Of a stretch of DNA of 64,000 nt, positions 1 through 13,500 are shown in pieces. The notes beneath the pieces were generated by a model. It was not told where the DNA came from. It worked only from the letters and a program-made list of their open reading frames with translations, and searched no databases. Both the position numbers and the translations under genes were made by a program. Source of the stretch: Eledone cirrhosa (taxonomy: Eukaryota); contig CAXHJY010000928.1 in NCBI GenBank assembly GCA_964016885.1, positions 62,001 through 126,000 of the forward strand, written 5' to 3'. Each line of letters starts with the position of its first letter. Position 1 is the stretch's first letter.

Positions 1-432
1 ACTACTCACACATACATATATAGACACACATACATATAACTACTCACACACACATACATATATAGACACACATTCATATAACTACTCACACATACATACA
101 TATATAGACACACATTCATATAACTACTCACACACACATACATATATAGACACACATTCATATAACTACTCACACACATACATATATAGACACACATTCA
201 TATAACTACTCACACACACATATAGACACACATTCATATAACTACTCACACACATACATATATAGACACATTCATATAACTACTCACACACACATATATA
301 TATAGACACACATTCATATAACTATTCACACACATACATATATAGACACACATTCATATAACTACTCACACACACATACATATAGACACACATACATATA
401 ACTACTCACACACACATATATATATAACTACA
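1..432. repeat. Minisatellite, ~38-44 bp unit (TATAACTACTCACACACATACATATATAGACACACATTCA), about 10 copies, runs off the window start
   Basis: The unit recurs in tandem with a variable number of CA/TA dinucleotides. Confidence 0.9.
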
Positions 433-871
433 CATACATGTAACTCCTGAAATTCACAGGTATGACGTCGCAAAACAATAGTCACACCTGTAGTTTCAGT
501 AAAAACCCCTTTAAAATGATCTCAGTAACTGCTACTATACAATATCAATGGTGATATATATTATATTACAATATATTATACTATATTATATTATTTCATC
601 TTATACTATATTACATTATTTGTCTGTGTGTCCTTCCCTAACTGATCATTTAGAGAAGGAACACATCATTCGTTCGCTTTGTTTTGCATCGTTTTTGTTT
701 TCACATTACAAATGATAGAAGTAACCCTGAAATATACTGGATAAAAGCAACACTGTTTTATTTTATTAGTCATCCTTTACCCTTTATGTATTTCACCGCA
801 TTGTGCTGCCATTTCACAATGCTTCATATTAACTATACTATTATATATATATATATGTGTGTATATATATA

Positions 872-955
872 TTTCGTTTCTGAATTTATTTAGCAAGATT
901 CTTTATCTGAAAACGTGTGTTGAAACCGATATTGTTATGCTTAACAATAAAGCAT

Positions 956-963
<8 letters not shown>
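872..963 (-). mobile_element. Minimal remnant of the Penelope-like family at 53584-54870 (terminal tail plus 14-bp fold-back)
   Basis: 872-938 is the near-identical reverse complement of ~54804-54870. 929-942 and 950-963 form a perfect 14-bp inverted repeat. (TA)n flanks both sides. Confidence 0.7.
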
Positions 964-1004
<41 letters not shown>

Positions 1005-1603
1005 ATAGATAGATAGATCTAGCAGTTTGATACCTCAGTAATTTCTTCTCTCTAATGTCCTTGTAGTCAGTTGTTGGGTATGACACCTTCTTGTGCTACC
1101 TGGTTGTATGGAAGAAGTTTAAAGAACTACCAACCTTTCAGTTGTAGATAGTCGGAAGCAACAATAACACCTATTTCATGGGCCACCTCCGAATAAAATA
1201 CTTCCTCTATTCTCTGTCCCTGTCTGTCGTAATTCCTTTATTGATTAACTAATTATGCAATCCGCACCTTATGATGTCGCCACGTCCTTACTTAACGAGG
1301 CCATTGAAATATTTATACTGTTTTTTTTGCAATAATAAAACTTTAAAGGAATATTACGAGTGAGGCCTCCTATTATTTTAATCAAATTAATATTTAACTC
1401 TGTTGATACAGCGAGATTCAACATCAACGATGGATGAGTTACATAACGGAAAATGCTTTTTCCTAATATTACATCACGGTTAACTAAACAGAATGACCAG
1501 TTCTCTCCATTGGTGAACCACTAAACATAAATGAATATATATATATATTTAATATAGAAATAGCTTCTACAGGACTGGAACTGTTTCATTCGGGAGAAAT
1601 ATA

Positions 1604-2423
1604 TAATAATAATAATGAAATTATTGTGTAAAGTGCTCAGGTGCACCACAACTCGTCAATATAGTACACAGAACAATACACAAATGCCAGGGAAGTACAT
1701 GTTTGTATGTGTTAGCTGTAGTGTTGGTGGATCTCGGAAAGCATGGAGGCCTTAAAGGATGCAGTGTCTCGACAGCTAACAACTGATGCAGGTAGTTTGT
1801 TCCATGCTTCAGCAACTCTGAGCGTGAAAAAAATGTTTCCGAAAGTCATGGGAACTGTGCTGTTTTCTTACTTTGTGGGCATGTCCACGTGTGTTAGACA
1901 CATGGAAATCGAAAAGGCACTCAGGGTTGTTGTTGGCAACATGGTTAACAATTTTGTGGGTGTTTACCAAGTCAGTTGCCAGGCGTCGGAGCTTCAATGA
2001 ATCCATGCCCAGGGAAGCAAGGCGCTCAGAGTATGGTAGATGCCTGATGGAGGGTATTCGCTTGGTTGCACGTCTCTGAACAGTTTCCAGGTGGTCAATG
2101 TCCTGAGCAAGATAGGGGTTCCAGACTGGTGATGCAAATTCTAAGTGTGGTCGCACCATAGCTGTATACAGCCTTAAATAGATATCTGGAGAGCGGCTGA
2201 CAAAGGTCTTGCTGAGTGATGCTAAGACACCCTCGGCCCTCTTGACAATTTTAGAGACGTGCCTCGTCCAACGCAAATCGCTGCTGACCGTAATGCCCAG
2301 GTCACGTTCACAGGAAGACTTCTTGATATTAGTGCTGTGGAGGGAGTATGTGGACGCTGGGTTTTTACTCCCAAAATGCATGGTGGTGCACTTGTCCACA
2401 GCTAGCTTGAGTTGCCAGTCTAT
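1604..2423 (-). mobile_element. 5'-truncated CR1-type LINE 3' end (RT C-terminus, 3' UTR, (ATT)n tail)
   Basis: ORF 1809-2399 has ERDLG, LY.AMVRPHLEFASPVWNPY, LETVQRRATK, YSERL..LG...L..RRL..DL and TRGH motifs, typical of the CR1/L2 ORF2 C-terminus. Short tail at ~1604-1616. Confidence 0.85.
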
Positions 2424-2813
2424 ATAAATAATGATGATGATGATATATACGTAAATATATATCCTCTGTAATCACTGTCGATATTTAACTACCATGCAGT
2501 ATTGCACATTGCACACATCATACAGCTGACCTTTCACTTGTAGAGAGAAACCTACAGATTGGTAGTTCTTTAAACTTCTTCCATACAACCAGGTAGCACA
2601 AGAAGGTGTCACATCCAACGACTGACTACAAGGACATTAGAGAGAAGAAATTACTGAGACATTAAACTGCAGGATTAAGTTAAGGTCACAGAAAGAATTA
2701 TTGCAGAGCCAATTAGAGACAGAATTAATCTTGAGATGTGAGGCAGTTTAGTTTTGTGTATGGGAGAATCACCACAGATGTGATCTTCCTAGTTAGGCAG
2801 CTGCAGAAGAAGT

Positions 2814-3124
2814 GGAGGGGTAGAGACCCCATTTTGTCACGAATAACCATGGGATTTGCACCTAGAATACTTCTCTCGTAGGCACAAGTCTGAGTAAGTT
2901 TTTTTTGTGAGAGACCAATAGTCCCCCATGCAACCAGTCTCCCTTCAGCAATGTTTTCCAAAAGAAAGGCAATGGCTTGGCTCCAGTGATGTTGCAACTC
3001 ATTTCTAAACCAGAGTAATATGAAATAAAGTGTCTTGCTGAAGGACACAACACATCACCCAGTCTAGGAATCAAACTGACAACCTGACAATTGTTAGCCC
3101 AATGCTCTAACTACTAAGCCATGC
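2814..3124 (-). mobile_element. tRNA-derived CORE-type SINE inserted in the old RTE
   Basis: Minus strand has a tRNA-like head (GGCTTAGTAGTTAGAGCATTGG) and a CORE-like CCTTCAGCAAGACACTTTATTTCA. Candidate TSD AGAAGT at 2808-2813 and 3125-3130 interrupts the RQLQ-KYLAK codons. Confidence 0.75.
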
Positions 3125-3726
3125 AGAAGTATTATTTAGCTAAGAATAAGTCCCTATATTGAGTATTTATCGGCTTGGGAAATGCATTTGACAGAATCCC
3201 ACACTGTAATTTAGGGGTCACTTAGGAAGTTAGGGATAGAGGGATGGCTTGTGAATGCTGTACAGGCTATGTACAGAGATACTCGTAGCAAGGTAAGTGT
3301 TGGCAATGTGTACAGTGATGTTTAATGTGTAGGTGGGTTTCCACCAAAGCTCAGTCAAGAGTCCCTCATGTTTATCATAGTCCTCAAGGCCGTAATTCAA
3401 GACTGGTTGCCCTTGGGAGTTCCTGCAGGCTGATAATCTAACCCTCATAACTGAAATGATAAAGTTCCAGATATTGGAAACAAAATCTGGAATCAATGGG
3501 CCTTAAAATAAACCTAGCAAAGAGTAACATTTAGTATGTAATAAAAAGAATAAAACTCTGATGCCATCATGGAAGTGGCCATGTTAAATGTGTAGAAAAG
3601 TAGGTAAAAATTACACATTGTGTATCCAGTGTAGACTGTGAACACATGAGTTGTGAAATGACAGGTTGACAGGTGAAAAAGTCAGACTTCATATGTGGTA
3701 GATACACAGGAGTAGCCATAAGTATA

Positions 3727-3960
3727 TCAACATCATAGTTTAATGTTCATCTTCCATGCTAGCATGGGTAGGACAGGTTGACCCTTAGAGAGAGAATCAG
3801 GTCAGAAGACCATGTTTAGTTCACCTGGGGTAGATTTTGGCTTGGTTTCTACAGCTGGATGCCCTTCTTAATGCCGACCACATTTACAGTGGGACTGGGT
3901 GCTTTTTGTCGAGTCCTCTACATGACTACTTTACAGTGGGGACTAGGCACTTTTGTCTTG
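3727..3960 (-). mobile_element. RTE/SINE-type 3' terminal module nested in the old RTE
   Basis: Contains CCATGCTAGCATGG and TTTCTACAGCTGGATGCCCTT, shared with the other RTE/SINE 3' ends. The upstream boundary is uncertain. Confidence 0.6.
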
Positions 3961-4521
3961 ATACTAGGGAGTGTGGAGAAAGCTTAGGGAAATTGCGGAT
4001 GTAGGTAATAGGGGAGGGATGGTTACCGCAAAGGGAGGTGTATGGGAGGGGAGAAGGTTGAGGAAGGTGTTGTCTATTAGGTATAAGCCTCAGCCTGAGG
4101 GTGGGTCTTCACTCAAAATAAACTCTCAGATGTTGAGAAGGTTGACTGGAAGTGGTAGAAAGCTTAACTATCAACAGAATCTCATTAGTTAGTAGTGATG
4201 GTGAATGTAGTGAAAGTGTTATAGCCAGAGTGAGAAAAGGGTGGAAGAAGTTGAAGGAGTCGCTGATAATAAAAAGCTTCGCTCTCTCTGTGAAGGGTAA
4301 AGTTTATAATGCCTGCATGTGAATGCATTGCTACATGACAGTGAGACATGGACCTTAACTGTGAAAGACCTGCAAAGGCTAGAAAGTAATGCAGTGTATA
4401 TGATCTGTTGAATGTGTAATGTTAGCATGCATGAATGATGTGACATAAGTGAGTTAAGATAAAAATTAAACGAGGAATTAAAATCTTATAGTGGAGAAAA
4501 CTGGATATGTCTTCTGAAAGC

Positions 4522-7500
4522 TACAGTTGGGGTGAGCTACCAACCAAACAAAAGAAGCAATACGGTATATAGGGCTATAAAATCTAAGAGATAGGAACTA
4601 TACAATGCAGTTGGGGTGAGCTACCAATCAAGCAAAAGGAACAATACTCTATATAGGGCTATAAAATCTAAGAGATAGGAACTATACAAAACAGTTGAGG
4701 TGAGCTACCAACCAAACAAAAGGAACAATACTCTATATAGAGCTATAAAATCTAAGAGATAGGAACTATACAATACAGTTGGGGTGAGCTACCAACCAAA
4801 CAAAAGGAGCTATACTCTATATAGGGCTATATAAGCTAAGAGATAGGAACTATACGATACAGTTGGGGTGAGCTACTAACCAAACAAAAGGAGCTATACT
4901 GTATATAGGGCTATATAAGCTAAGAGATAGGAACTATACAATACAGTTGGGGTGAGCTACCAACCAAACAAAAGGAGCTATACTGTATATAGGGCTATAT
5001 AAGCTAAGAGATAGGAACTATACAATACAGTTGGGGTGAGCTACCAACCAAACAAAAGGAGCAATACTCTATATAGGGCTATAAAAGCTAAGAGATAGGA
5101 ACTATACAATACAGTTGGGGTGAGCTACCAACCAAACAAAAGGAACAATACTGTATATAGGGCTATAAAAGCTGAGAGATAGGAACTATACAATACAGTT
5201 GGGGTGAGCTACCAACCAAGCAAAAGGAGCAATACTCTATATAGGGCTATAAAAGCTAAGAGATAGGAACTATACAATACAGTTGGGGTGAGCTACCAAC
5301 CAAGCAAAAGGAGCAATACTCTATATAGGGCTATAAAAGCTAAGAGATAGGAACTATACAATACAGTTGGGGTGAGCTACCAACCAAGCAAAAGGAGCAA
5401 TACTCTATATAGGGCTATAAAAGCTAAGAGATAGGAACTATACAATACAGTTGGGGTGAGCTACCAACCAAACAAAAGGAGCTATACTGTATATAGGGCT
5501 ATAAAAGCTAAGAGATAGGAACTATACAATACAGTTGGGGTGAGCTACCAACCAAACAAAAGGAACAATACGGTATATAGGGCTATAAAAGCTAAGAGAT
5601 AGGAACTATACAATACAGTTGGGGTGAACTACCAACCAAACAAAAGGAACAATACTGTATATAGGGCTATAAAAGCTAAAAGATAGGAACTATACAATAC
5701 AGTTGGGGTGAGCTACCAACCAAACAAAAGGAGCTATACTCTATATAGGGCTATAAAAGCTAAGAGATAGGAACTATACAATACAGTTGGGGTGAGCTAC
5801 CAACCAAACAAAAGGAGCTATACTGTATATAGGGCTATAAAAGCAAAGAGATATAGGAACTATACAATACAGTTGGGGTGAGCTACTAACCAAACAAAAG
5901 GAGCTATACTCTATATAGGGCTATATAAGCTAAGAGATAGGAACTATACAATACAGTTGGGGTGAGCTCCTAACCAAACAAAAGGAGCTATACTCTATAT
6001 AGGTCTATATAAGCTAAGAGATAGGAACTATACAATACAGTTGGGATGAGCTACCAACCAAACAAAAGGAGCTATACTGTATATAGGGCTATATAAGCTA
6101 AGAGATAGGAACTACACACCACAGTTGGGGTGACCTACCAACCAAACAAAAGAAGCAATACGGTATACAGGGCTATAAAAGCTAAAAGATAGGAACTATA
6201 CAATACAGTTGGGGTGACCTACCAACCAAACAAAAGAAGCAATACGGTATATAGGGCTATAAAAGCTAAGAGATAGGAACTATACAATACACTTGGGGTG
6301 AGCTACTAACCAAACAAAAGGAGCTATACTCTGTATAGGGCTATAAAAGCTAAGAGATAGTAACTATACGATACAGTTGGGGTGAGCTACTAACCAAACA
6401 AAAGGAGCTATACTCTATATAGGGTTATACAAGCTAAGAGATAGGAACTATACAATACAGTTGGGGTGAGCTACCAACCAAACAAAAGGAGCTATACTCT
6501 GTATAGGGCTATAAAAGCTAAGAGATAGTAACTATACGATACAGTTGGGGTGAGCTACTAACCAAACAAAAGGAGCTATAATTGTATATAGGGCTATATA
6601 AGCTAAGAGATAGGAACTATACAATACAGTTGGGGTGAGCTACCAACCAAACAAAAGGAGCTATACTGTATATAGGGCTATATAAGCTAAGAGATAGGAA
6701 CTATACAATACAGTTGGGGTGAGCTACCAACCAAACAAAAGGAGCTATACTGTATATAGGGCTATATAAGCTAAGAGATAGGAACTATACAATACAGTTG
6801 GGGTGAGCTACCAACCAAACAAAAGGAGCTATACTCTGTATAGGGCTATAAAAGCTAAGAGATAGGAACTACACAATACAGTTGGGGTGAGCTACCAACC
6901 AAACAAAAGAAGCAATACGGTATATAGGGTTATAAAAGCTAAGAGATAGGAACTATACAATACAGTTGGGTTGAGCTACTAACCAAACAAAAGAAGCAAT
7001 ACCGTATATAGGGTTATAAAAGCTAAGAGATAGGAACTATACAATACAGTTGGGGTGAGCTACCAACCAAACAAAAGGAGCAATACTCTATATAGGGCTA
7101 TATAAGCTAAGAGATAGGAACTATACAATACAGTTGGGGTGAGCTACCAACCAAACAAAAGGAACAATACTCTATATAGGGCTATAAAAGCTAAGAGATA
7201 GGAACTATACAAAACAGTTGAGGTGAGCTACCAACCAAACAAAAGGAACAATACTCTATATAGGGCTATAAAAGCTAAGAGATAGGAACTATACAATACA
7301 GTTGGGGTGAGCTACCAACCAAACAAAAGGAGCTATACTGTATATAGGGCTATAAAAGCTAAGAGATAGGAACTGTACAATACAGTTGGGGTGAGCTACC
7401 AACCAAACAAAAGGAGCTATACTGTATATAGGGCTATACAAGCTAAGAGATAGGAACTATACAATACAGTTGGGGTGAGCTACCAACCAAACAAAAGGAG

Positions 7501-10500
7501 CTATACTGTATATAGGGCTATAAAAGCTAAGAGATAGGAACTATACAATACAGTTGGGGTGAGCTACCAACCAAACAAAAGGAACAATACTGTATATAGG
7601 GCTATAAAAGCTAAGAGATAGGAACTATACAATACAGTTGGGGTGAGCTACCAACCAAACAAAAGGAGCTATACTGTATATAGGGCTATAAAAGCTAAGA
7701 GATAGGAACTATACAATACAGTTGGGGTGAGCTACCAACCAAACAAAAGGAGCTATACTGTATATAGGGCTATATAAGCTAAGAGATAGGAACTATACAA
7801 TACAGTTGGGGTGAGCTACCAACCAAACAAAAGGAGCTATACTGTATATAGGGCTATATAAGCTAAGAGATAGGAACTATACAATACAGTTGGGGTGAGC
7901 TACCAACCAAACAAAAGGAGCTATACTCTGTATAGGGCTATAAAAGCTAAGAGATAGGAACTACACAATACAGTTGGGGTGAGCTACCAACCAAACAAAA
8001 GAAGCAATACGGTATATAGGGTTATAAAAGCTAAGAGATAGGAACTATACAATACAGTTGGGTTGAGCTACTAACCAAACAAAAGAAGCAATACCGTATA
8101 TAGGGTTATAAAAGCTAAGAGTTAGGAACTATACAATACAGTTGGGGTGAGCTACCAACCAAACAAAAGGAGCAATACTCTATATAGGGCTATATAAGCT
8201 AAGAGATAGGAACTATACAATACAGTTGGGGTGAGCTACCAACCAAACAAAAGGAACAATACTCTATATAGGGCTATAAAAGCTAAGAGATAGGAACTAT
8301 ACAAAACAGTTGAGGTGAGCTACCAACCAAACAAAAGGAACAATACTCTATATAGGGCTATAAAAGCTAAGAGATAGGAACTATGCAATACAGTTGGGGT
8401 GAGCTACCAACCAAACAAAAGGAGCTATACTGTATATAGGGCTATAAAAGCTAAGAGATAGGAACTATACAATACAGTTGGGGTGAGCTACCAACCAAAC
8501 AAAAGGAGCTATACTGTATATAGGGCTATACAAGCTAAGAGATAGGAACTATACAATACAGTTGGGGTGAGCTACCAACCAAACAAAAGGAGCTATACTG
8601 TATATAGGGCTATAAAAGCTAAGAGATAGGAACTATACAATACAGTTGGGGTGAGCTACCAACCAAACAAAAGGAACAATACTGTATATAGGGCTATAAA
8701 AGCTAAGAGATAGGAACTATACAATACAGTTGGGGTGAGCTACCAACCAAACAAAAGGAGCTATACTGTATATAGGGCTATAAAAGCTAAGAGATAGGAA
8801 CTATACAATACAGTTGGGGTGAGCTACCAACCAAACAAAAGGAACAATACTGTATATAGGGCTATAAAAGCTAAGAGATAGGAACTATACAATACAGTTG
8901 GGGTGAGCTACCAACCAAACAAAAGGAGCTATACTGTATATAGGGCTATAAAAGCTAAGAGATAGGAACTATACAATACAGTTGGGGTGAGCTACTAACC
9001 AAACAAAAGGAGCTATACTCTATATAGGGCTATATAAGCTAAGAGATAGGAACTATACAATACAGTTGGGGTGAGCTACTAACCAAACAAAAGGAGCTAT
9101 ACTCTATATAGGGCTATATAAGCTAAGAGATAGGAACTATACAATACAGTTGGGGTGAGCTACCAACCAAACAAAAGGAGCTATACTGTATATAGGGCTA
9201 TATAAGCTAAGAGATAGGAACTACACACTACAGTTGGGGTGACCTACCAACCAAACAAAAGAAGCAATACGGTATACAGGGCTATAAAAGCTAAAAGATA
9301 GGAACTATACAATACAGTTGGGGTGACCTACCAACCAAACAAAAGAAGCAATACGGTGTTTAGGGCTATAAAAGCTTAGAGATAGGAACTATACAATACA
9401 CTTGGAGTGAGCTACTAACCAAACAAAAGGAGCTATACTCTATATAGGGCTATATAAGCTAAGAGATAGGAAATATACAATACAGTTGGGGTGAGCTACC
9501 AACCAAACAAAAGGAGCTATACTGTATATAGGGCTATAAAAGCTAAGAGATAGGAACTATACAATACAGTTGGGGTGAGCTACCAACCAAACAAAAGGAG
9601 CTATACTGTATATAGGGCTATAAAAGCTAAGAGATAGGAACTATACAATACAGTTGGGGTGAGCTACCAACCAAACAAAAGGAGCTATACTGTATATAGG
9701 GCTATACAAGCTAAGAGATAGGAACTATACAATACAGTTGGGGTGAGCTACCAACCAAACAAAAGGTGCTATACTGTATATAGGGCTATAAAAGCTAAGA
9801 GATAGGAACTATACAATACAGTTGGGGTGAGCTACCAACCAAACAAAAGGAACAATACTGTATATAGGGCTATAAAAGCTAAGAGATATGAACTATACAA
9901 TACAGTTGGGGTGAGCTACCAACCAAACAAAAGGAACAATACTGTATATAGGGCTATATAAGCTAAGAGATAGGAACTACACAATACAGTTGGGGTGAGC
10001 TACTAACCAAACAAAAGGAGCTATACTCTATATAGGGCTATAAAAGCTAAGAGATAGGAACTACACAATACAGTTGGGGTGAGCTACTAACCAAACAAAA
10101 GGAGCTATACTCTATATAGGGCTATAAAAGCTAAGAGATATGAACTATACAATACAGTTGGGGTGAGCTACCAACCAAACAAAAGGAGCTATACTGTATA
10201 TAGGGCTATAAAAGCTAAGAGATAGGAACTACACAATACAGTTGGGGTGAGCTACCAACCAAACAAAAGGAGCTATACTCTATATAGGGCTATAAAAGCT
10301 AAGAGATTTGGAACTATACAATACAGTTGGGGTGAGCTACCAACCAAACAAAAGGAGCTATACTGTATATAGGGCTATAAAAGCTAAGAGATAGGAACTA
10401 TACAGTACAGTTGGGGTGAGCTACCAACCAAACAAAAGGAACAATACTCTATATAGGGCTATAAAAGCTAAGAGATAGGAACTATACAATACAGTTGGGG

Positions 10501-13500
10501 TGAGCTACCAACCAAACAAAAGGAACAATACTCTATATAGGGCTATAAAAGCTAAGAGATAGGAACTATACAATACAGTTGGGGTGAGCTACCAACCAAA
10601 CAGAAGGAGCAATACTCTATATAGGGCTATAAAAGCTAAGAGATAGGAACTATACAATACAGTTGGGGTGAGCTACCAACCAAACAAAAGGAACAATACT
10701 GTATATAGGGCTATAAAAGCTAAGAGATAGGAACTATACAATACAGTTGGGTTGAGCTACCAACCAAGCAAAAGGAGCAATACTCTATATAGGGTTATAA
10801 AAGCTAAGAGATAGGAACTATACAATACAGTTGGGGTGAGCTACCAACCAAACAAAAGGAGCTATACTGTATATAGGGCTATAAAAGCTAAGAGATAGGA
10901 ACTATACAATACAGTTGGGGTGAGCTACCAACCAAACAAAAGGAACAATACTGTATATAGGGCTATAAAAGCTAAGAGATATGAACTATACAATACAGTT
11001 GGGGTGAGCTACCAACCAAACAAAAGGAACAATACTGTATATAGGGCTATATAAGCTAAGAGATAGGAACTACACAATACAGTTGGGGTGAGCTACTAAC
11101 CAAACAAAAGGAGCTATACTCTATATAGGGCTATAAAAGCTAAGAGATAGGAACTACACAATACAGTTGGGGTGAGCTACTAACCAAACAAAAGGAGCTA
11201 TACTCTATATAGGGCTATAAAAGCTAAGAGATATGAACTATACAATACAGTTGGGGTGAGCTACCAACCAAACAAAAGGAGCTATACTGTATATAGGGCT
11301 ATAAAAGCTAAGAGATAGGAACTACACAATACAGTTGGGGTGAGCTACCAACCAATCAAAAGGAGCTATACTCTATATAGGGCTATAAAAGCTAAGAGAT
11401 TTGGAACTATACAATACAGTTGGGGTGAGCTACCAACGAAACAAAAGGAGCTATACTGTATATAGGGCTATAAAAGCTAAGAGATAGGAACTATACAGTA
11501 CTGTTGGGGTGAGCTACCAACCAAACAAAAGGAACAATACTCTATATAGGGCTATAAAAGCTAAGAGATAGGAACTATACAATACAGTTGGGGTGAGCTA
11601 CCAACCAAACAAAAGGAACAATACTCTATATAGGGCTATAAAAGCTAAGAGATAGGAACTATACAATACAGTTGGGGTGAGCTACCAACCAAACAGAAGG
11701 AGCAATACTCTATATAGGGCTATAAAAGCTAAGAGATAGGAACTATACAATACAGTTGGGGTGAGCTACCAACCAAACAAAAGGAACAATACTGTATATA
11801 GGGCTATAAAAGCTAAGAGATAGGAACTATACAATACAGTTGGGGTGAGCTACCAACCAAGCAAAAGGAGCAATACTCTATATAGGGTTATAAAAGCTAA
11901 GAGATAGGAACTATACAATACAGTTGGGGTGAGCTACCAACCAAACAAAAGGAGCTATACTGTATATAGGGCTATAAAAGCTAAGAGAGAGGAACTATAC
12001 AATACAGTTGGGGTGAGCTACTAACCAAACAAAAGGAGCTATACTCTATATAGGGCTATAAAAGCTAAGAGATAGGAACTATACAATACAGTTGGGGTGC
12101 GCTACCAACCAAACAAAAGGAGCTATACTCTATATAGGGTTATAAAAGCTAAGAGATAGGAACTATACAATACAGTTGGGGTGAGCTACTAACCAAACAA
12201 AAGGAGCTATACTGTATATAGGGCTATAAAAGCTAAGAGATATGAACTGTACAATACAGTTGGGGTGAGCTACCAACCAAACAAAAGGAGCTATACTGTA
12301 TATAGGGCTATAAAAGCTAAGAGATATGAACTATACAATACAGTTGGGGTGAGCTACCTACCAAACAAAAGGAACAATATTGTATATAGGGCTATAAAAG
12401 CTAAGAGATAGGAACTACACAATACAGTTGGGGTGAGCTACCAACCAAACAAAAGGAACAATACTGTATATAGGGCTATAAAATCTAAGAGATAGGAACT
12501 ATACAATACAGTTGGGGTGAGCTACTAACCAAACAAAAGGAACAATACTGTATATAGGGCTATAAAAGCTAAGAGATAGGAACTGTACAATACAGTTGGG
12601 GTGAGCTACCAACCAAACAAAAGGAACTATACTGTATATAGGGCTATAAAAGCTAAGAGATAGGAACTGTACAATACAGTTGGGGTGAGCTACCAACCAA
12701 ACAAAAGAAGCAATACGGTATATAGGGCTATAAAAGCTAAGAGATATGAACTATACAATACAGTTGGGGTGAGCTACCAACCAAACAAAAGGAGCTATAC
12801 TGTATATAGGGCTATAAAAGCTAAGAGATAGGAACTACACAATACAGTTGGGGTGAGCTACCAACCAAACAAAAGGAGCTATACTCTATATAGGGCTATA
12901 AAAGCTAAGAGATAGGAACTATACAATACAGTTGGGGTGAGCTACCAACCAAACAAAAGGAACAATACTCTATATAGGGCTATAAAAGCTAAGAGATAGG
13001 AACTATACAATACAGTTGGGGTGAGCTACCAACCAAGCAAAAGGAGCAATACTCTATATAGGGTTATAAAAGCTAAGAGATAGGAACTATACAATACAGT
13101 TGGGGTGAGCTACCAACCAAACAAAAGGAGCTATACTGTATATAGGGCTATAAAAGCTAAGAGAGAGGAACTATACAATACAGTTGGGGTGAGCTACTAA
13201 CCAAACAAAAGGAGCTATACTCTATATAGGGCTATAAAAGCTAAGAGATAGGAACTATACAATACAGTTGGGGTGCGCTACCAACCAAACAAAAGGAGCT
13301 ATACTCTATATAGGGTTATAAAAGCTAAGAGATAGGAACTATACAATACAGTTGGGGTGAGCTACTAACCAAACAAAAGGAGCTATACTGTATATAGGGC
13401 TATAAAAGCTAAGAGATATGAACTGTACAATACAGTTGGGGTGAGCTACCAACCAAACAAAAGGAGCTATACTGTATATAGGGCTATAAAAGCTAAGAGA

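Larger units (their letters stand above)
2489..4480 (+). mobile_element. Old degenerate RTE-clade LINE with an inverted 5' segment (2489-2584 on the minus strand) and nested insertions
   Basis: The plus strand aligns by eye to the RTE RT (KVTERIIA, FLVRQLQ, VGFHQ.S, KTGCPWE, KWPC, WKK, LH.SETW) with many stops and frameshifts. 2489-2584 encodes WKKFKELP...LYDVC..ILHG on the minus strand. Confidence 0.75.

Noticed and set aside
448-499. Imperfect ~19-bp hairpin (also 31421-31494 and 32728-32770)
   Set aside because: Short, isolated and without diagnostic motifs or TSDs; cannot be assigned.
1563-1592. Minus-strand GAAACAG...CTGTA half-hammerhead; similar decayed motifs at ~722-765 and ~31584-31650 (which match each other)
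   Set aside because: No intact CTGANGA half; too degenerate to support a call.
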